From NCBI RefSeq assembly GCF_002854065.1, contig NZ_CP024147.1: a stretch of DNA of 64,000 bases; one strand, 5' to 3'. Each line of letters begins with the position of its first letter. The stretch's first letter is position 1. This document shows, piece after piece, positions 50,676 to 62,713 of this stretch. The translations under genes and the position numbers were made by a program. This DNA comes from Escherichia coli. GTDB lineage: Bacteria; Pseudomonadota; Gammaproteobacteria; Enterobacterales; Enterobacteriaceae. The notes below the pieces were generated by a model. It searched no databases. It was not told the DNA's origin and saw nothing but the letters and a program-made list of their open reading frames with translations.

Positions 50676-51452
50676 ATGCCTCGTTTTGCAGCTAATTTAT
50701 CCATGATGTTCACCGAAGTGCCTTTTATTGAACGCTTCGCCGCAGCGCGAAAAGCCGGGTTCGATGCTGTGGAATTTCTGTTTCCCTATAACTACTCCAC
50801 CCTGCAAATCCAAAAGCAACTGGAGCAAAACCATCTGACACTGGCGCTGTTCAATACCGCTCCCGGAGATATTAATGCGGGGGAATGGGGATTATCCGCC
50901 CTTCCCGGACGTGAGCACGAAGCACACGCAGACATCGACCTGGCACTGGAATATGCATTGGCGCTCAATTGTGAACAAGTCCATGTAATGGCAGGCGTCG
51001 TGCCCGCTGCCGAAGATGCTGAACGGTACCGGGCAGTATTTATCGATAATCTCCGCTACGCTGCCGACCGCTTTGCGCCACACGGCAAGCGAATATTAGT
51101 TGAAGCACTCAGCCCCGGCATTAAGCCTCATTATCTCTTCTCCAGCCAGTATCAGGCACTGGCTATTGTTGAAGAAGTTGCGCGAGATAACGTGTTTATT
51201 CAACTAGATACTTTTCATGCGCAAAAAGTAGATGGCAACCTGACGCATTTAATCCGCGACTACGCCGGGAAATATGCGCACGTACAAATTGCCGGACTAC
51301 CTGATCGACATGAACCGGACGATGGAGAAATCAACTATCCGTGGCTGTTCCGCCTGTTCGATGAGGTGGGATATCAGGGCTGGATCGGTTGTGAATATAA
51401 ACCTCGTGGCCTCACCGAAGAAGGACTTGGCTGGTTTGACGCCTGGCGCTAA
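50676..51452 (+). CDS. ygbM: Xylose isomerase-like TIM-barrel protein (hydroxypyruvate isomerase family)
   Basis: 258-aa [24 protein letters not shown]. Confidence 0.85.
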   Translation: MPRFAANLSMMFTEVPFIERFAAARKAGFDAVEFLFPYNYSTLQIQKQLEQNHLTLALFNTAPGDINAGEWGLSALPGREHEAHADIDLALEYALALNCEQVHVMAGVVPAAEDAERYRAVFIDNLRYAADRFAPHGKRILVEALSPGIKPHYLFSSQYQALAIVEEVARDNVFIQLDTFHAQKVDGNLTHLIRDYAGKYAHVQIAGLPDRHEPDDGEINYPWLFRLFDEVGYQGWIGCEYKPRGLTEEGLGWFDAWR

Positions 51453-51540
51453 TTCGTTAAATCCCTAATTACAACGTACCCATACATCCCCCCATCTACG
51501 GATGGGGTAGGTTAACTATAACTTTCAGACAGGGTTTCCC

Positions 51541-52836
51541 ATGTCCACAATTACATTGTTATGCATTGCGTTAACTGGCGTAATCATGCTGTTGCTGCTG
51601 GTCATCAAGGCAAAGGTACAACCATTCGTTGCTCTGCTCCTCGTCAGCCTGTTAGTCGCACTTGCGGCGGGTATACCGGCGGGCGAAGTGGGTAAAGTGA
51701 TGATCGCCGGGATGGGCGGTGTGCTTGGTTCCGTCACTATTATTATTGGTCTGGGCGCTATGCTGGGGCGTATGATCGAACACTCTGGTGGTGCAGAGTC
51801 ACTGGCTAATTATTTCAGTCGCAAGTTAGGTGACAAACGAACTATCGCTGCGCTGACTCTGGCAGCGTTCTTCCTCGGTATTCCCGTCTTCTTTGATGTC
51901 GGCTTTATTATTCTTGCGCCAATCATTTACGGTTTTGCCAAGGTTGCCAAAATATCGCCACTCAAATTTGGCCTGCCTGTCGCTGGGATCATGCTAACTG
52001 TACATGTGGCGGTACCGCCGCATCCAGGCCCTGTCGCCGCAGCAGGGTTACTCCACGCAGACATCGGCTGGCTAACCATCATCGGTATTGCGATTTCTAT
52101 TCCCGTAGGGATTGTTGGCTACTTTGCAGCGAAAATAATCAATAAGCGCCAATATGCGATGTCGGTGGAAGTACTGGAACAGATGCAACTGGCTCCGGCC
52201 AGTGAGGAAGGCGCGACAAAATTAAGCGATAAAATAAATCCACCGGGCGTCGCGCTGGTCACCTCGCTAATTGTTATTCCTATCGCGATTATCATGGCGG
52301 GTACGGTTTCCGCAACACTGATGCCGCCTTCGCATCCCCTGCTTGGTACGCTACAGCTGATCGGCTCACCAATGGTAGCTCTAATGATTGCGCTGGTGCT
52401 GGCATTCTGGTTATTGGCTTTACGTCGCGGCTGGAGCTTACAACACACCAGCGACATTATGGGCTCAGCGCTTCCTACTGCGGCGGTAGTGATTTTGGTT
52501 ACTGGTGCTGGAGGGGTATTTGGCAAAGTGCTGGTGGAATCGGGCGTCGGCAAAGCCCTTGCCAACATGTTACAAATGATTGACCTGCCTCTGTTACCAG
52601 CCGCATTTATTATTTCACTGGCGCTGCGTGCATCGCAGGGGTCAGCAACCGTAGCAATACTGACAACCGGCGGGTTACTCTCAGAAGCGGTGATGGGATT
52701 GAATCCGATTCAGTGCGTATTGGTGACGCTGGCAGCCTGCTTTGGTGGGCTTGGTGCGTCACATATTAATGACTCAGGGTTCTGGATTGTGACCAAATAT
52801 CTGGGATTGTCGGTAGCAGACGGTCTGAAAACCTAG
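51541..52836 (+). CDS. ygbN: GntP-family permease, apparently truncated by an in-frame TAG
   Basis: 431-aa polytopic ORF; the 22 codons after the TAG (TVLTTILGFTGFLITWCVWAVI, ending TGA at 52903-52905) are in frame and hydrophobic. Confidence 0.8.
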   Translation: MSTITLLCIALTGVIMLLLLVIKAKVQPFVALLLVSLLVALAAGIPAGEVGKVMIAGMGGVLGSVTIIIGLGAMLGRMIEHSGGAESLANYFSRKLGDKRTIAALTLAAFFLGIPVFFDVGFIILAPIIYGFAKVAKISPLKFGLPVAGIMLTVHVAVPPHPGPVAAAGLLHADIGWLTIIGIAISIPVGIVGYFAAKIINKRQYAMSVEVLEQMQLAPASEEGATKLSDKINPPGVALVTSLIVIPIAIIMAGTVSATLMPPSHPLLGTLQLIGSPMVALMIALVLAFWLLALRRGWSLQHTSDIMGSALPTAAVVILVTGAGGVFGKVLVESGVGKALANMLQMIDLPLLPAAFIISLALRASQGSATVAILTTGGLLSEAVMGLNPIQCVLVTLAACFGGLGASHINDSGFWIVTKYLGLSVADGLKT

Positions 52837-52912
52837 ACAGTGTTAACGACCATTCTCGGTTTTACCGGATTCTTAATTACCTGGTGCGTATGGGCGGTAA
52901 TTTGACCTTAAT

Positions 52913-52943
52913 AAAAAGGTCCGATGAGCATCGGACCTTTTAT
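52913..52943. terminator. Bidirectional terminator between ygbN and the convergent decarboxylase operon
   Basis: AAAAAGGTCCGATGagcaTCGGACCTTTTATTT, stem-loop flanked by A-run and T-run. Confidence 0.75.
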
Positions 52944-53180
52944 TTAGCGCTTATCTGCCGCCAGCAGCGGCGGAATGCTCGGCACCATTGGCGCGTCATC
53001 AATATCTTTCTGCGTCATGCGGAACTCTTCGGGATAATGTTCGCGGCTGGTACGGCGCAGCGGTTCGGTATCGCGCCAGGTATAAAGGCAATGCTGGCAC
53101 TGATATACCGTCCAGACATCTTTCACCGGCGATTTCGCCATCACTTCAATCTGTTCATCGGCACAACGTGGACAAATCAT
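52944..53180 (-). CDS. Small subunit of a UbiD-type aromatic acid decarboxylase (YclD/KpdD-like)
   Basis: 78-aa ORF MICPRCADEQIEVMAKSPVKDVWTVYQCQHC with CxxC...CxxC zinc-ribbon-like cysteines, immediately after the UbiD-like gene. Confidence 0.75.
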   Translation of the reverse strand: MICPRCADEQIEVMAKSPVKDVWTVYQCQHCLYTWRDTEPLRRTSREHYPEEFRMTQKDIDDAPMVPSIPPLLAADKR

Positions 53181-53190
53181 CTTCTTCTCC

Positions 53191-54618
53191 TTATTTACGT
53201 GCAGCCAGCATAGCGGTCAGTTTTTCAGCCCAGGCTTTGGTTTCCGGCAAATCCACCACCGGCTGGCTGTAGTGACCACGGTTGTCCGGGGCGACAGGCG
53301 TGGTGGCGTCGATAATCAGCTTGTCGGTGATCCCCGCCGGGCTTGAGCCAGGGTCGAGTTCCAGCACGGACATATTCGGCAACTGCACCAAATCCCCTGC
53401 CGGGTTCACTTTCGAGGAGAGCGCCCACATCACCTGCGGCAGGTTGAACGGATCAACGTCTTCATCGACCATAATCACCATCTTCACGTAGCCCAGACCG
53501 TGCGGCGTGGTCATCGCGCGCAGGCCCACCGCGCGGGCAAAGCCGCCGTAGCGTTTTTTGGTGGAGATAATCGCCAGCAGGCCGTGGGTGTACATGGCGT
53601 TTACCGCCTGCACTTCCGGGAACTCGGCTTTCAGTTGTTGATATAGCGGTACGCAGGTGGCTGGCCCCATCAGGTAGTCGATTTCGGTCCACGGCATGCC
53701 GAGGTACAGCGATTCGAAAATCGGCCTGGTGCGGTAAGAGACTTTATCGATGCGCACCACGGTCATGTTACGCCCGCCGGAGTAGTGTCCGGTAAACTCA
53801 CCGAACGGCCCTTCGATTTCGCGTTTACGGCTTTCGATGACCCCTTCGAGGATCGCTTCTGAACCCCACGGCACATCAAAACCGGTCAGCGGGGCGGTGG
53901 CGATCGGGTACGAGCTTTCACGCAGCGCGCCTGCCATTTCATACTCAGACTGATCGTATTTCAGCGGCGTGGCCCCCATCAGCGTGATGATCGGATCGTT
54001 ACCGAGCGTGATCGCAATCGGCAGATCTTCACCGCGCTCTTCTGCTTTATGCAGATGCAGGGCGATATCGTGCATCGGCACCGGTTGCAGGCCGAGCTTA
54101 CGCTTGCCCTTCACTTCCATGCGGTAGATGCCGACGTTCTGCTTGCCGAAGTTATCCGGGTCGAGCGGATCGCGGGAAACCACGCACGCTTTGTCGAGAT
54201 AGAAACCGCCATCACCGTCGTTTAAACGAAACAGCGGCAGGATATCGAACAGATTAATCTCGTCACCATCGACGGTGTTCTGCGCCCAGGCTGGATTGGC
54301 GCGGCGCTCCGGGGCAATCGGGAAGTTATCCCAGCGGCGGATAAACTCATCAATCTGTTTTTTAACCGGGGTGTTTGGCGGCAGGCCCAAGGAAATCGCG
54401 TGGTTCTGCCAGGAACCGATGGTATTCATCGCCACGCGGGCATCGGTAAAACCGCGAATATTATCAAACCACAGCGCCGGTGCACCATCGCCGATACGCC
54501 CGGTGGCGTTGGCAGCGGCAGCCAGATCCGGTTCCGCGTTCACCTCTTCGCTGATTTTCAGTAACTGGCCGTGGTCATCAAGCGCCTGTAAAAAGCTGCG
54601 TAAATCATCAAATGCCAT
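53191..54618 (-). CDS. UbiD-family (prenylated-FMN dependent) decarboxylase
   Basis: 475-aa ORF MAFDDLRSFLQALDDHGQLLKISEEVNAEPDLAAAANA typical of UbiD/phenolic acid decarboxylase subunit C. Confidence 0.85.
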   Translation of the reverse strand: MAFDDLRSFLQALDDHGQLLKISEEVNAEPDLAAAANATGRIGDGAPALWFDNIRGFTDARVAMNTIGSWQNHAISLGLPPNTPVKKQIDEFIRRWDNFPIAPERRANPAWAQNTVDGDEINLFDILPLFRLNDGDGGFYLDKACVVSRDPLDPDNFGKQNVGIYRMEVKGKRKLGLQPVPMHDIALHLHKAEERGEDLPIAITLGNDPIITLMGATPLKYDQSEYEMAGALRESSYPIATAPLTGFDVPWGSEAILEGVIESRKREIEGPFGEFTGHYSGGRNMTVVRIDKVSYRTRPIFESLYLGMPWTEIDYLMGPATCVPLYQQLKAEFPEVQAVNAMYTHGLLAIISTKKRYGGFARAVGLRAMTTPHGLGYVKMVIMVDEDVDPFNLPQVMWALSSKVNPAGDLVQLPNMSVLELDPGSSPAGITDKLIIDATTPVAPDNRGHYSQPVVDLPETKAWAEKLTAMLAARK

Positions 54619-55211
54619 TATTCATTCTCCTGAGAAAAATTCCGGGCCTGCGGCAATCCTTGCCAGCGCCTGGCGTAGGGATGTTCAAGGCCAAATTGAT
54701 CCAGCACGCGGGCTACCACGTGGTGGACAATGTCATCTACCGTTTCGGGATGGTTATAAAAGGCAGGCATCGGCGGCACCATCGCCACGCCCATGCGTGA
54801 AAGTGCGAGCATATTTTCGAGATGGATGGTGTTAAGCGGCATTTCACGCGGCACCAGTACCAGTTTGCGGCCTTCTTTGAGCACGACGTCCGCCGCGCGC
54901 CCTACCAGGCCATCGGCGTAACCAGCGCGGATACCGGCGAGCGTTTTCATACTGCACGGAATAACGATCATGCCGTCGGTACGAAAGGAACCTGAGGAGA
55001 TGGTCGCCGCCTGATCCGCCGGGTTATGGCTGAAGTCAGCGAGGGCAGCAACATCGCGGGCGCTGTAAGGCGTTTCCAGTTCAATGGTGGTTTTCGCCCA
55101 CTTCGACATCACCAGATGAGTCTCGATATTCGGCATCTCCTGCAGCGCTTGCAGTAATGCCACACCAAGAGGCGCACCGGTAGCCCCTGTCATCCCGACG
55201 ATCAGTTTCAT
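54618..55211 (-). CDS. UbiX/Pad1-family flavin prenyltransferase
   Basis: 197-aa ORF MKLIVGMTGATGAPLGVALLQAL with flavoprotein motif; stop overlaps the UbiD-like start. Confidence 0.85.
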   Translation of the reverse strand: MKLIVGMTGATGAPLGVALLQALQEMPNIETHLVMSKWAKTTIELETPYSARDVAALADFSHNPADQAATISSGSFRTDGMIVIPCSMKTLAGIRAGYADGLVGRAADVVLKEGRKLVLVPREMPLNTIHLENMLALSRMGVAMVPPMPAFYNHPETVDDIVHHVVARVLDQFGLEHPYARRWQGLPQARNFSQENE

Positions 55212-55324
55212 TGCTTACTCTCTTAATTGTTCGTATACGAACGTTATTATTAAAATACGCCTCTGTTCTCATTGCGGCAAGCACTGAAAAGTAACAACAT
55301 CCCCTTCGTCACTGAAAAACCGCT

Positions 55325-55765
55325 ATGATAGCGGCAGATAGTTTGCCCGGAGTTTACATGGCGTTACGAAATAAAGCGTTCCATCAGTTACGACAGCTTT
55401 TTCAGCAGCACACATCTCGCTGGCAGCACGAGTTACCTGACCTGACCAAACCACAGTATGCGGTGATGCGTGCCATTGCTGATAAGCCTGGTATCGAACA
55501 GGTGGCACTGATAGAAGCAGCAGTCAGCACCAAAGCAACGCTGGCAGAAATGTTGGCAAGAATGGAAAATCGTGGCTTAGTCAGACGTGAACATGACGCC
55601 GCTGATAAGCGGCGACGCTTTGTCTGGCTGACTGCCGAAGGAGAAAAGATACTTGCTGCGGCGATACCGATTGGTGACAGCGTGGATGAGGAATTTTTGG
55701 GGCGTTTGAGTGCAGAAGAGCAGGAGCTGTTTATGCAGCTGGTGCGCAAGATGATGAACACATAG
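55325..55765 (+). CDS. MarR/SlyA-family transcriptional regulator, divergent from the decarboxylase operon
   Basis: 146-aa ORF with winged-helix region TKPQYAVMRAIADKPGIEQVALIEAA; true start may be the internal Met at 55358. Confidence 0.8.
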   Translation: MIAADSLPGVYMALRNKAFHQLRQLFQQHTSRWQHELPDLTKPQYAVMRAIADKPGIEQVALIEAAVSTKATLAEMLARMENRGLVRREHDAADKRRRFVWLTAEGEKILAAAIPIGDSVDEEFLGRLSAEEQELFMQLVRKMMNT

Positions 55766-55833
55766 GATGCAAATTGCCGGGTAGGACGCTGACGTGTCTT
55801 ATCCAGGCGACAAAAACACATGCTTCCCAAACA

Positions 55834-55872
55834 AAAGAAAAAAGGCCAGCCTCGCTTGAGACTGGCCTTTCT
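55834..55872 (-). terminator. rpoS rho-independent terminator
   Basis: Minus strand GGCCAGTCTCAAGCGAGGCTGGCC hairpin followed by TTTTTTCTTTTG. Confidence 0.75.
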
Positions 55873-55885
55873 GACAGATGCTTAC

Positions 55886-56878
55886 TTATTCGCGGAACAG
55901 CGCTTCGATATTCAGCCCCTGCGTTTGCAGGATTTCGCGCAAACGGCGCAGGCCTTCAACCTGAATCTGGCGAACACGTTCACGGGTGAGGCCAATTTCA
56001 CGACCTACATCTTCCAGTGTTGCCGCTTCGTACCCAAGCAAACCGAATCGACGTGCCAGCACTTCACGCTGTTTGGCGTTCAGTTCGAACAGCCATTTGA
56101 CGATGCTCTGCTTCATATCGTCATCTTGCGTGGTATCTTCCGGACCGTTCTCTTTTTCATCGGCCAGGATGTCCAGCAACGCTTTTTCGGAATCACCACC
56201 CAGCGGGGTGTCTACCGAGGTAATGCGCTCGTTAAGACGAAGCATACGGCTGACGTCATCAACTGGCTTATCCAGTTGCTCTGCGATCTCTTCCGCACTT
56301 GGTTCATGGTCCAGCTTATGGGACAACTCACGTGCGGTTCGCAGGTAAACGTTCAGCTCCTTTACGATGTGAATCGGCAAACGAATAGTACGGGTTTGGT
56401 TCATAATCGCCCGTTCAATCGTCTGGCGAATCCACCAGGTTGCGTATGTTGAGAAGCGGAAACCACGTTCCGGGTCAAACTTCTCTACCGCGCGGATCAG
56501 CCCCAGGTTGCCCTCTTCGATAAGGTCCAGCAACGCCAGACCACGATTGCCATAACGGCGGGCAATTTTTACCACCAGACGCAAGTTACTCTCGATCATC
56601 CGGCGGCGAGAGGCGACATCTCCACGCAGTGCGCGACGCGCAAAATAAACTTCTTCTTCGGCCGTTAACAGTGGTGAATAACCAATCTCACCAAGGTAAA
56701 GCTGAGTCGCGTCCAACACACGCTGTGTGGCTCCCTGCGATAACAGTTCCTCTTCGGCCAAATCGTTATCACTGGGTTCCTCTTCTACTAAGGCCTTTTC
56801 GTCAAAAACCTCAACTCCGTTCTCATCAAATTCCGCATCTTCATTTAAATCATGAACTTTCAGCGTATTCTGACTCAT
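55886..56878 (-). CDS. rpoS: Stationary-phase sigma factor RpoS (sigma38), apparently intact
   Basis: ORF contains [37 protein letters not shown]; start set at MSQNTL (330 aa); codon 33 is GAG (Glu). Confidence 0.97.
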   Translation of the reverse strand: MSQNTLKVHDLNEDAEFDENGVEVFDEKALVEEEPSDNDLAEEELLSQGATQRVLDATQLYLGEIGYSPLLTAEEEVYFARRALRGDVASRRRMIESNLRLVVKIARRYGNRGLALLDLIEEGNLGLIRAVEKFDPERGFRFSTYATWWIRQTIERAIMNQTRTIRLPIHIVKELNVYLRTARELSHKLDHEPSAEEIAEQLDKPVDDVSRMLRLNERITSVDTPLGGDSEKALLDILADEKENGPEDTTQDDDMKQSIVKWLFELNAKQREVLARRFGLLGYEAATLEDVGREIGLTRERVRQIQVEGLRRLREILQTQGLNIEALFRE

Positions 56879-56940
56879 AAGGTGGCTCCTACCCGTGATC
56901 CCTTGACGGAACATTCAAGCAAAAGCCTGGTTCCGCCGAT

Positions 56941-58080
56941 TTATCGCTGCGGCAAATAACGCAGCGGGTTTACGGATTTCCCCTTGTAACGAATTTCAAA
57001 ATGCAAGCGTGTTGAACTGGTTCCGGTGCTACCCATGGTTGCTATTTTTTGCCCCGCCTTCACTTCTTGTTGTTCCCGGACCAGCATTGTGTCGTTATGG
57101 GCGTAGGCACTCAGGTAATCATCATTATGTTTGATGATAATCAGATTACCGTAGCCGCGCAGCGCGTTACCGGCATAAACAACGCGGCCATCTGCGGTCG
57201 CGATAATTGCCTGTCCTTTGCTGCCTGCGATATCAATCCCCTTGTTGCCCCCCTCAGAAGCGCCAAAGGTTTCGATCACTTTGCCCTCAGTCGGCCAGCG
57301 CCAGGTGGAGATAGGCGTACTGGTTGATGTACTGCTGACAGTCGGCTCGGTTGTGCTTGCTGTTGGTACCGTTACAGGCGCTGTGACCGTGGTCGCAGTT
57401 GGCTTGTTGTTCGGCAACATTTTGTTAGCACTCTGTTCACCCGAAGACTCAGAATACGTAATTGTCGGTTGCGACGCAACAGCAACGGTGGAATTTTGTG
57501 CAGGCTTGATCACAACTCCTTGCTCTGCTGCGTCGGCCTGGGTAATGGCATTTCCGCCAGTGATTGGCGTACCGGAAGCATTACCCACCTGTAAGGTCTG
57601 ACCGACGTTCAGCGCGTATGGTGCCTGAATATTGTTGCGCTGAGCAAGGTCACGGAAATCGTTGCCAGTAATCCAGGCGATATAGAAAAGTGTGTCGCCT
57701 TTTTTCACGGTATAGGTACTGCCGCTATAACTGCCTTTCGGAATGTTCCCATACTGACGGTTATAGACGATGCGTCCGTTTTCCATCTGTACCGGCTGCT
57801 GAGCTACTGGCTGCACTGGCTGGATTTGCGGTTGTTGAGTAGCCTGAATTTGTGGCTGCTGTACCGGCTGAATTTGCGGTTGCTGGGCTGTAGACGTCGT
57901 CCCCATTTTCGGCGGCGGCGTAATCAACATACCAGAATTGGTATTTGCAGGCGCATTGCCATTAACGGAGCTGACCGGTGCCGGTGGATTTGAAGTGTCA
58001 GAACAGCCTGCCAGCCATAGCGAAACCAGTGACAAAGCCGCAATGCGGCGAACGGTGAATTTTGGGCTTCCCGCGCTCAT
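56941..58080 (-). CDS. nlpD: Murein hydrolase activator lipoprotein NlpD (LysM + M23 peptidase-like)
   Basis: 379-aa ORF with lipobox LAGCS and Q/P-rich repeats. Confidence 0.95.
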   Translation of the reverse strand: MSAGSPKFTVRRIAALSLVSLWLAGCSDTSNPPAPVSSVNGNAPANTNSGMLITPPPKMGTTSTAQQPQIQPVQQPQIQATQQPQIQPVQPVAQQPVQMENGRIVYNRQYGNIPKGSYSGSTYTVKKGDTLFYIAWITGNDFRDLAQRNNIQAPYALNVGQTLQVGNASGTPITGGNAITQADAAEQGVVIKPAQNSTVAVASQPTITYSESSGEQSANKMLPNNKPTATTVTAPVTVPTASTTEPTVSSTSTSTPISTWRWPTEGKVIETFGASEGGNKGIDIAGSKGQAIIATADGRVVYAGNALRGYGNLIIIKHNDDYLSAYAHNDTMLVREQQEVKAGQKIATMGSTGTSSTRLHFEIRYKGKSVNPLRYLPQR

Positions 58081-58219
58081 TTATCCCCCAGGAAAAATTG
58101 GTTAATAACCAGTGACATAATTACCGTGCAAGGCACCATACTGAACACTGGAAAAGATGTTCACGATACGCTGACCTGCGGCAAAATAACCAGGAAAAAT
58201 CCAGGTATTTCCTCACGTT

Positions 58220-59581
<1,362 letters not shown>

Positions 59582-59601
<20 letters not shown>

Positions 59602-60631
59602 AATCACCTGTTGTGTTGATAAGTTCCCTGACAACGCTGGTTGCAAAACTACCCGCCGGAAGCCAGAAACGGATCTCTACGGTGACGTCATCCCACCAAT
59701 TCCAGCTTAATTGTTGCGGATACAGCAGCATCGCTCTGCGCGCGGCTTCAACTTTTTCGCGCACCAGTAAAGCTTGTAATTCAGTTTCTGCGGCGACAGC
59801 TGCTTGTTCGAATGCCAGCGCTTCACGCTGAGTTCCCCATTCGCCACTGCCCGGCAATGCGGCTGTTATCATCAGCTCTTTATCGTTGACGCGACGCTGT
59901 AATTCCGCCAGTTCTTCGGTGGTTGCTACAAACCAGCTACCACGTCCGGCTAATTGTAGCGCATCGCCGTCAACAACTTGATTAACGTCTGCTTTTTTGA
60001 GGCGCTCAGCAACAATCTGATTAAACAACGCACTGCGGGCTGCCGACAACCAAAAACTCCGTTTATTGCGATCGCGCACCGGAGTATTGGTTTGCGCCCA
60101 GCGCAGCGCGCCCTGCAAGTTGCTACCGCCAATCCCAAAACGTTGGGCACCGAAGTAGTTCGGTACACCTTTTACGCAAATATCGATCAGACGTTGTTCA
60201 ACGTCATCGCGATTGCTCACTTCGCGCAGAACCAGGGTAAAGGCGTTACCTTTCAGCGCCCCTAAACGCAGCTTGCGCTTGTGCCGCGTATACTCCAGCA
60301 CCTGGCAGCCTTCCAATTGAAAGGCGCTCAGATCGGGCATTTCCTTGCCCGGCACGCGAGCGCATAACCACTGTTCTGTAACAGCATGTTTGTCTTTTTG
60401 CCCAGCAAAGCTGACTTCACGGGCATGAATTTTCAGGAATTTCGCCAGTGCATCCGCCACAAAACGGGTATTGCAGCCGTTTTTGAGGATTCTAACCAGA
60501 ATATGCTCACCTTCACCATCAGGCTCAAAGCCCAAATCTTCCACCACCACAAAGTCTTCCGGATTGGCTTTCAGCAGCCCGGTGCCTTGCGGTTTACCGT
60601 GGAGGTAAGTGAGATTATCAAACTCAATCAT
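59582..60631 (-). CDS. truD: tRNA pseudouridine(13) synthase TruD
   Basis: 349-aa [30 protein letters not shown]. Confidence 0.93.
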
Positions 60632-61107
60632 TTTGTTGCCTTAATGAGTAGCGCCACCGCTTCACAGGCAATCCCTTCCCCACGTCCGGTAAATCCAAGT
60701 TTTTCCGTAGTAGTGGCTTTCACGTTAACATCATCCATATGGCAGCCGAGATCTTCGGCAATAAACACGCGCATTTGTGGAATGTGCGGCAACATCTTCG
60801 GTGCCTGAGCGATGATAGTGACATCGACGTTGCCAAGGGTATAACCCTTCGCCTGAATACGACGCCAGGCTTCGCGTAGCAGCTCGCGGCTGTCGGCACC
60901 TTTAAATGCCGGATCGGTATCCGGGAACAGCTTGCCGATATCCCCCAGCGCCGCCGCGCCAAGCAATGCATCGGTCAACGCATGGAGCGCCACGTCGCCA
61001 TCAGAATGCGCCAGCAATCCTTTTTCGTAAGGAATGCGTACGCCACCAATGATAATTGGGCCTTCACCGCCAAAGGCGTGTACGTCAAAACCGTGTCCAA
61101 TTCGCAT
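60628..61107 (-). CDS. ispF: 2-C-methyl-D-erythritol 2,4-cyclodiphosphate synthase
   Basis: 159-aa [30 protein letters not shown]. Confidence 0.97.
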
Positions 61108-61817
61108 TATGTATTCTCCTGATGGATGGTTCGGGTGAGGTAAAACTCGGCCAGTGCCAAATCCTCCGGGCGCGTGACTTTAATGTTATCCGCACGGCCT
61201 TCGACCAACTGAGGATGGAATCCGCAATATTCCAGCGCCGAGGCTTCGTCGGTAATAGTCGCGCCTTCATTTAGAGCGCGCGTCAGACAGTCATGTAACA
61301 GCTCACGAGGGAAAAATTGCGGCGTCAGCGCGTGCCATAAGCCGTTGCGATCAACGGTATGAGCAATGGCATTTTTGCCCGGTTCGGCACGTTTCATAGT
61401 ATCGCGCACTGGTGCGGCGAGGATCCCCCCCGTGCGGCTGGTTTCGCTCAACGCCAACAATCGCGCCAGGTCATCCTGATGCAGACAAGGACGAGCGGCG
61501 TCATGCACCAATACCCACTGCGCGTCGCCAGCGGCTTTCAAACCTGCCAGCACGGAATCGGCACGCTCATCACCGCCATCTACAACGGTGATTTGCGGAT
61601 GATTCGCCAGAGGAAGTTGTGCAAAACGGCTATCGCCAGGACTTATGGCAATGACGACACGTTTCACCCGGGGATGCGCCAGCAGCGCATGCACCGAGTG
61701 TTCAAGAATGGTTTGATTACCGATTGAGAGATATTGCTTAGGACATTCCGTTTGCATTCGACGGCCAAATCCGGCCGCCGGAACCACGGCGCAAACATCC
61801 AAATGAGTGGTTGCCAT
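61107..61817 (-). CDS. ispD: 2-C-methyl-D-erythritol 4-phosphate cytidylyltransferase
   Basis: 236-aa [24 protein letters not shown]. Confidence 0.97.
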
Positions 61818-61835
61818 GTTAATTCCCGGGCTGAT

Positions 61836-62147
61836 TTATCGATTGTTTTGCCCCGCAGACTGTGCGCGCTTCGACGCGTCAGGTACCAGACGATAAAAAG
61901 TTTCGCCCGGCCTGGTCATGCTGAGTTCATTACGCGCACGCTCTTCGAGCGCCTCCTGGCCGCCATTGAGATCGTCAATTTCGGCAAAAAGTTGATCGTT
62001 TCGCGCTTTAAGTTTCGCGTTTGTAGCTTGCTGTGCCGCCACATCATCATTGACGCGGGTATAGTCATGTATACCGTTCTTACCGAACCACAGCGAATAC
62101 TGTAGCCAGACCAGAATAGCCAGCAACAGCAGCGTTAGTTTACCCAT
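61836..62147 (-). CDS. ftsB: Cell division protein FtsB
   Basis: 103-aa [28 protein letters not shown] with TM segment and coiled coil. Confidence 0.95.
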
Positions 62148-62340
62148 CCTGCCCCCTGAAAAACGGCATCATCATCCCATGCATCCGAAGACGACTCTAC
62201 ATCCTCTGTTGGGGATACCGCGACAACGCGGGCAAATGTACCACATTTGTCCATTGTTACGTATACCCAGGGCGTGCAGAACATAATCTCATTATTAGTT
62301 ACGGTTTGAATTATGAACAGAGGAGACAAGAAAGTACAAA

Positions 62341-62664
62341 TTAGCCCAGTAGCCACATAAACAGTGCGCCAAACATAATGCCTACTGTCATCAGGGTGAA
62401 AACAATACTGTAGCGTAGCTTTCCGTCCATCAATGAATGCAGCGCAATCCCCACCACTACCGCGACAGGCATCAGTGCCAGAAAGAAAGGCCAGGTGTAG
62501 ATAAAGAAGAACAGCGTGTTAGAGCCATAAATCAACATCGGCATCGCCAGCGCAAATAACCAAGAGATAAAACCGACCACGGCACCAGGCAGTGACCATG
62601 TGGTTTCTTCATCCTCAGTAAGGCTGTCGTTATTTGTTAGTGTAATGTTATGGCTATTACGCAT
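62341..62664 (-). CDS. ygbE: DUF3561-type inner membrane protein
   Basis: 107-aa hydrophobic ORF in the expected position. Confidence 0.85.
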   Translation of the reverse strand: MRNSHNITLTNNDSLTEDEETTWSLPGAVVGFISWLFALAMPMLIYGSNTLFFFIYTWPFFLALMPVAVVVGIALHSLMDGKLRYSIVFTLMTVGIMFGALFMWLLG

Positions 62665-62713
62665 ATTTGATCCTGTTACTTTGACGAACCGGGCATGGAA
62701 ACCCGGTGGTGTC

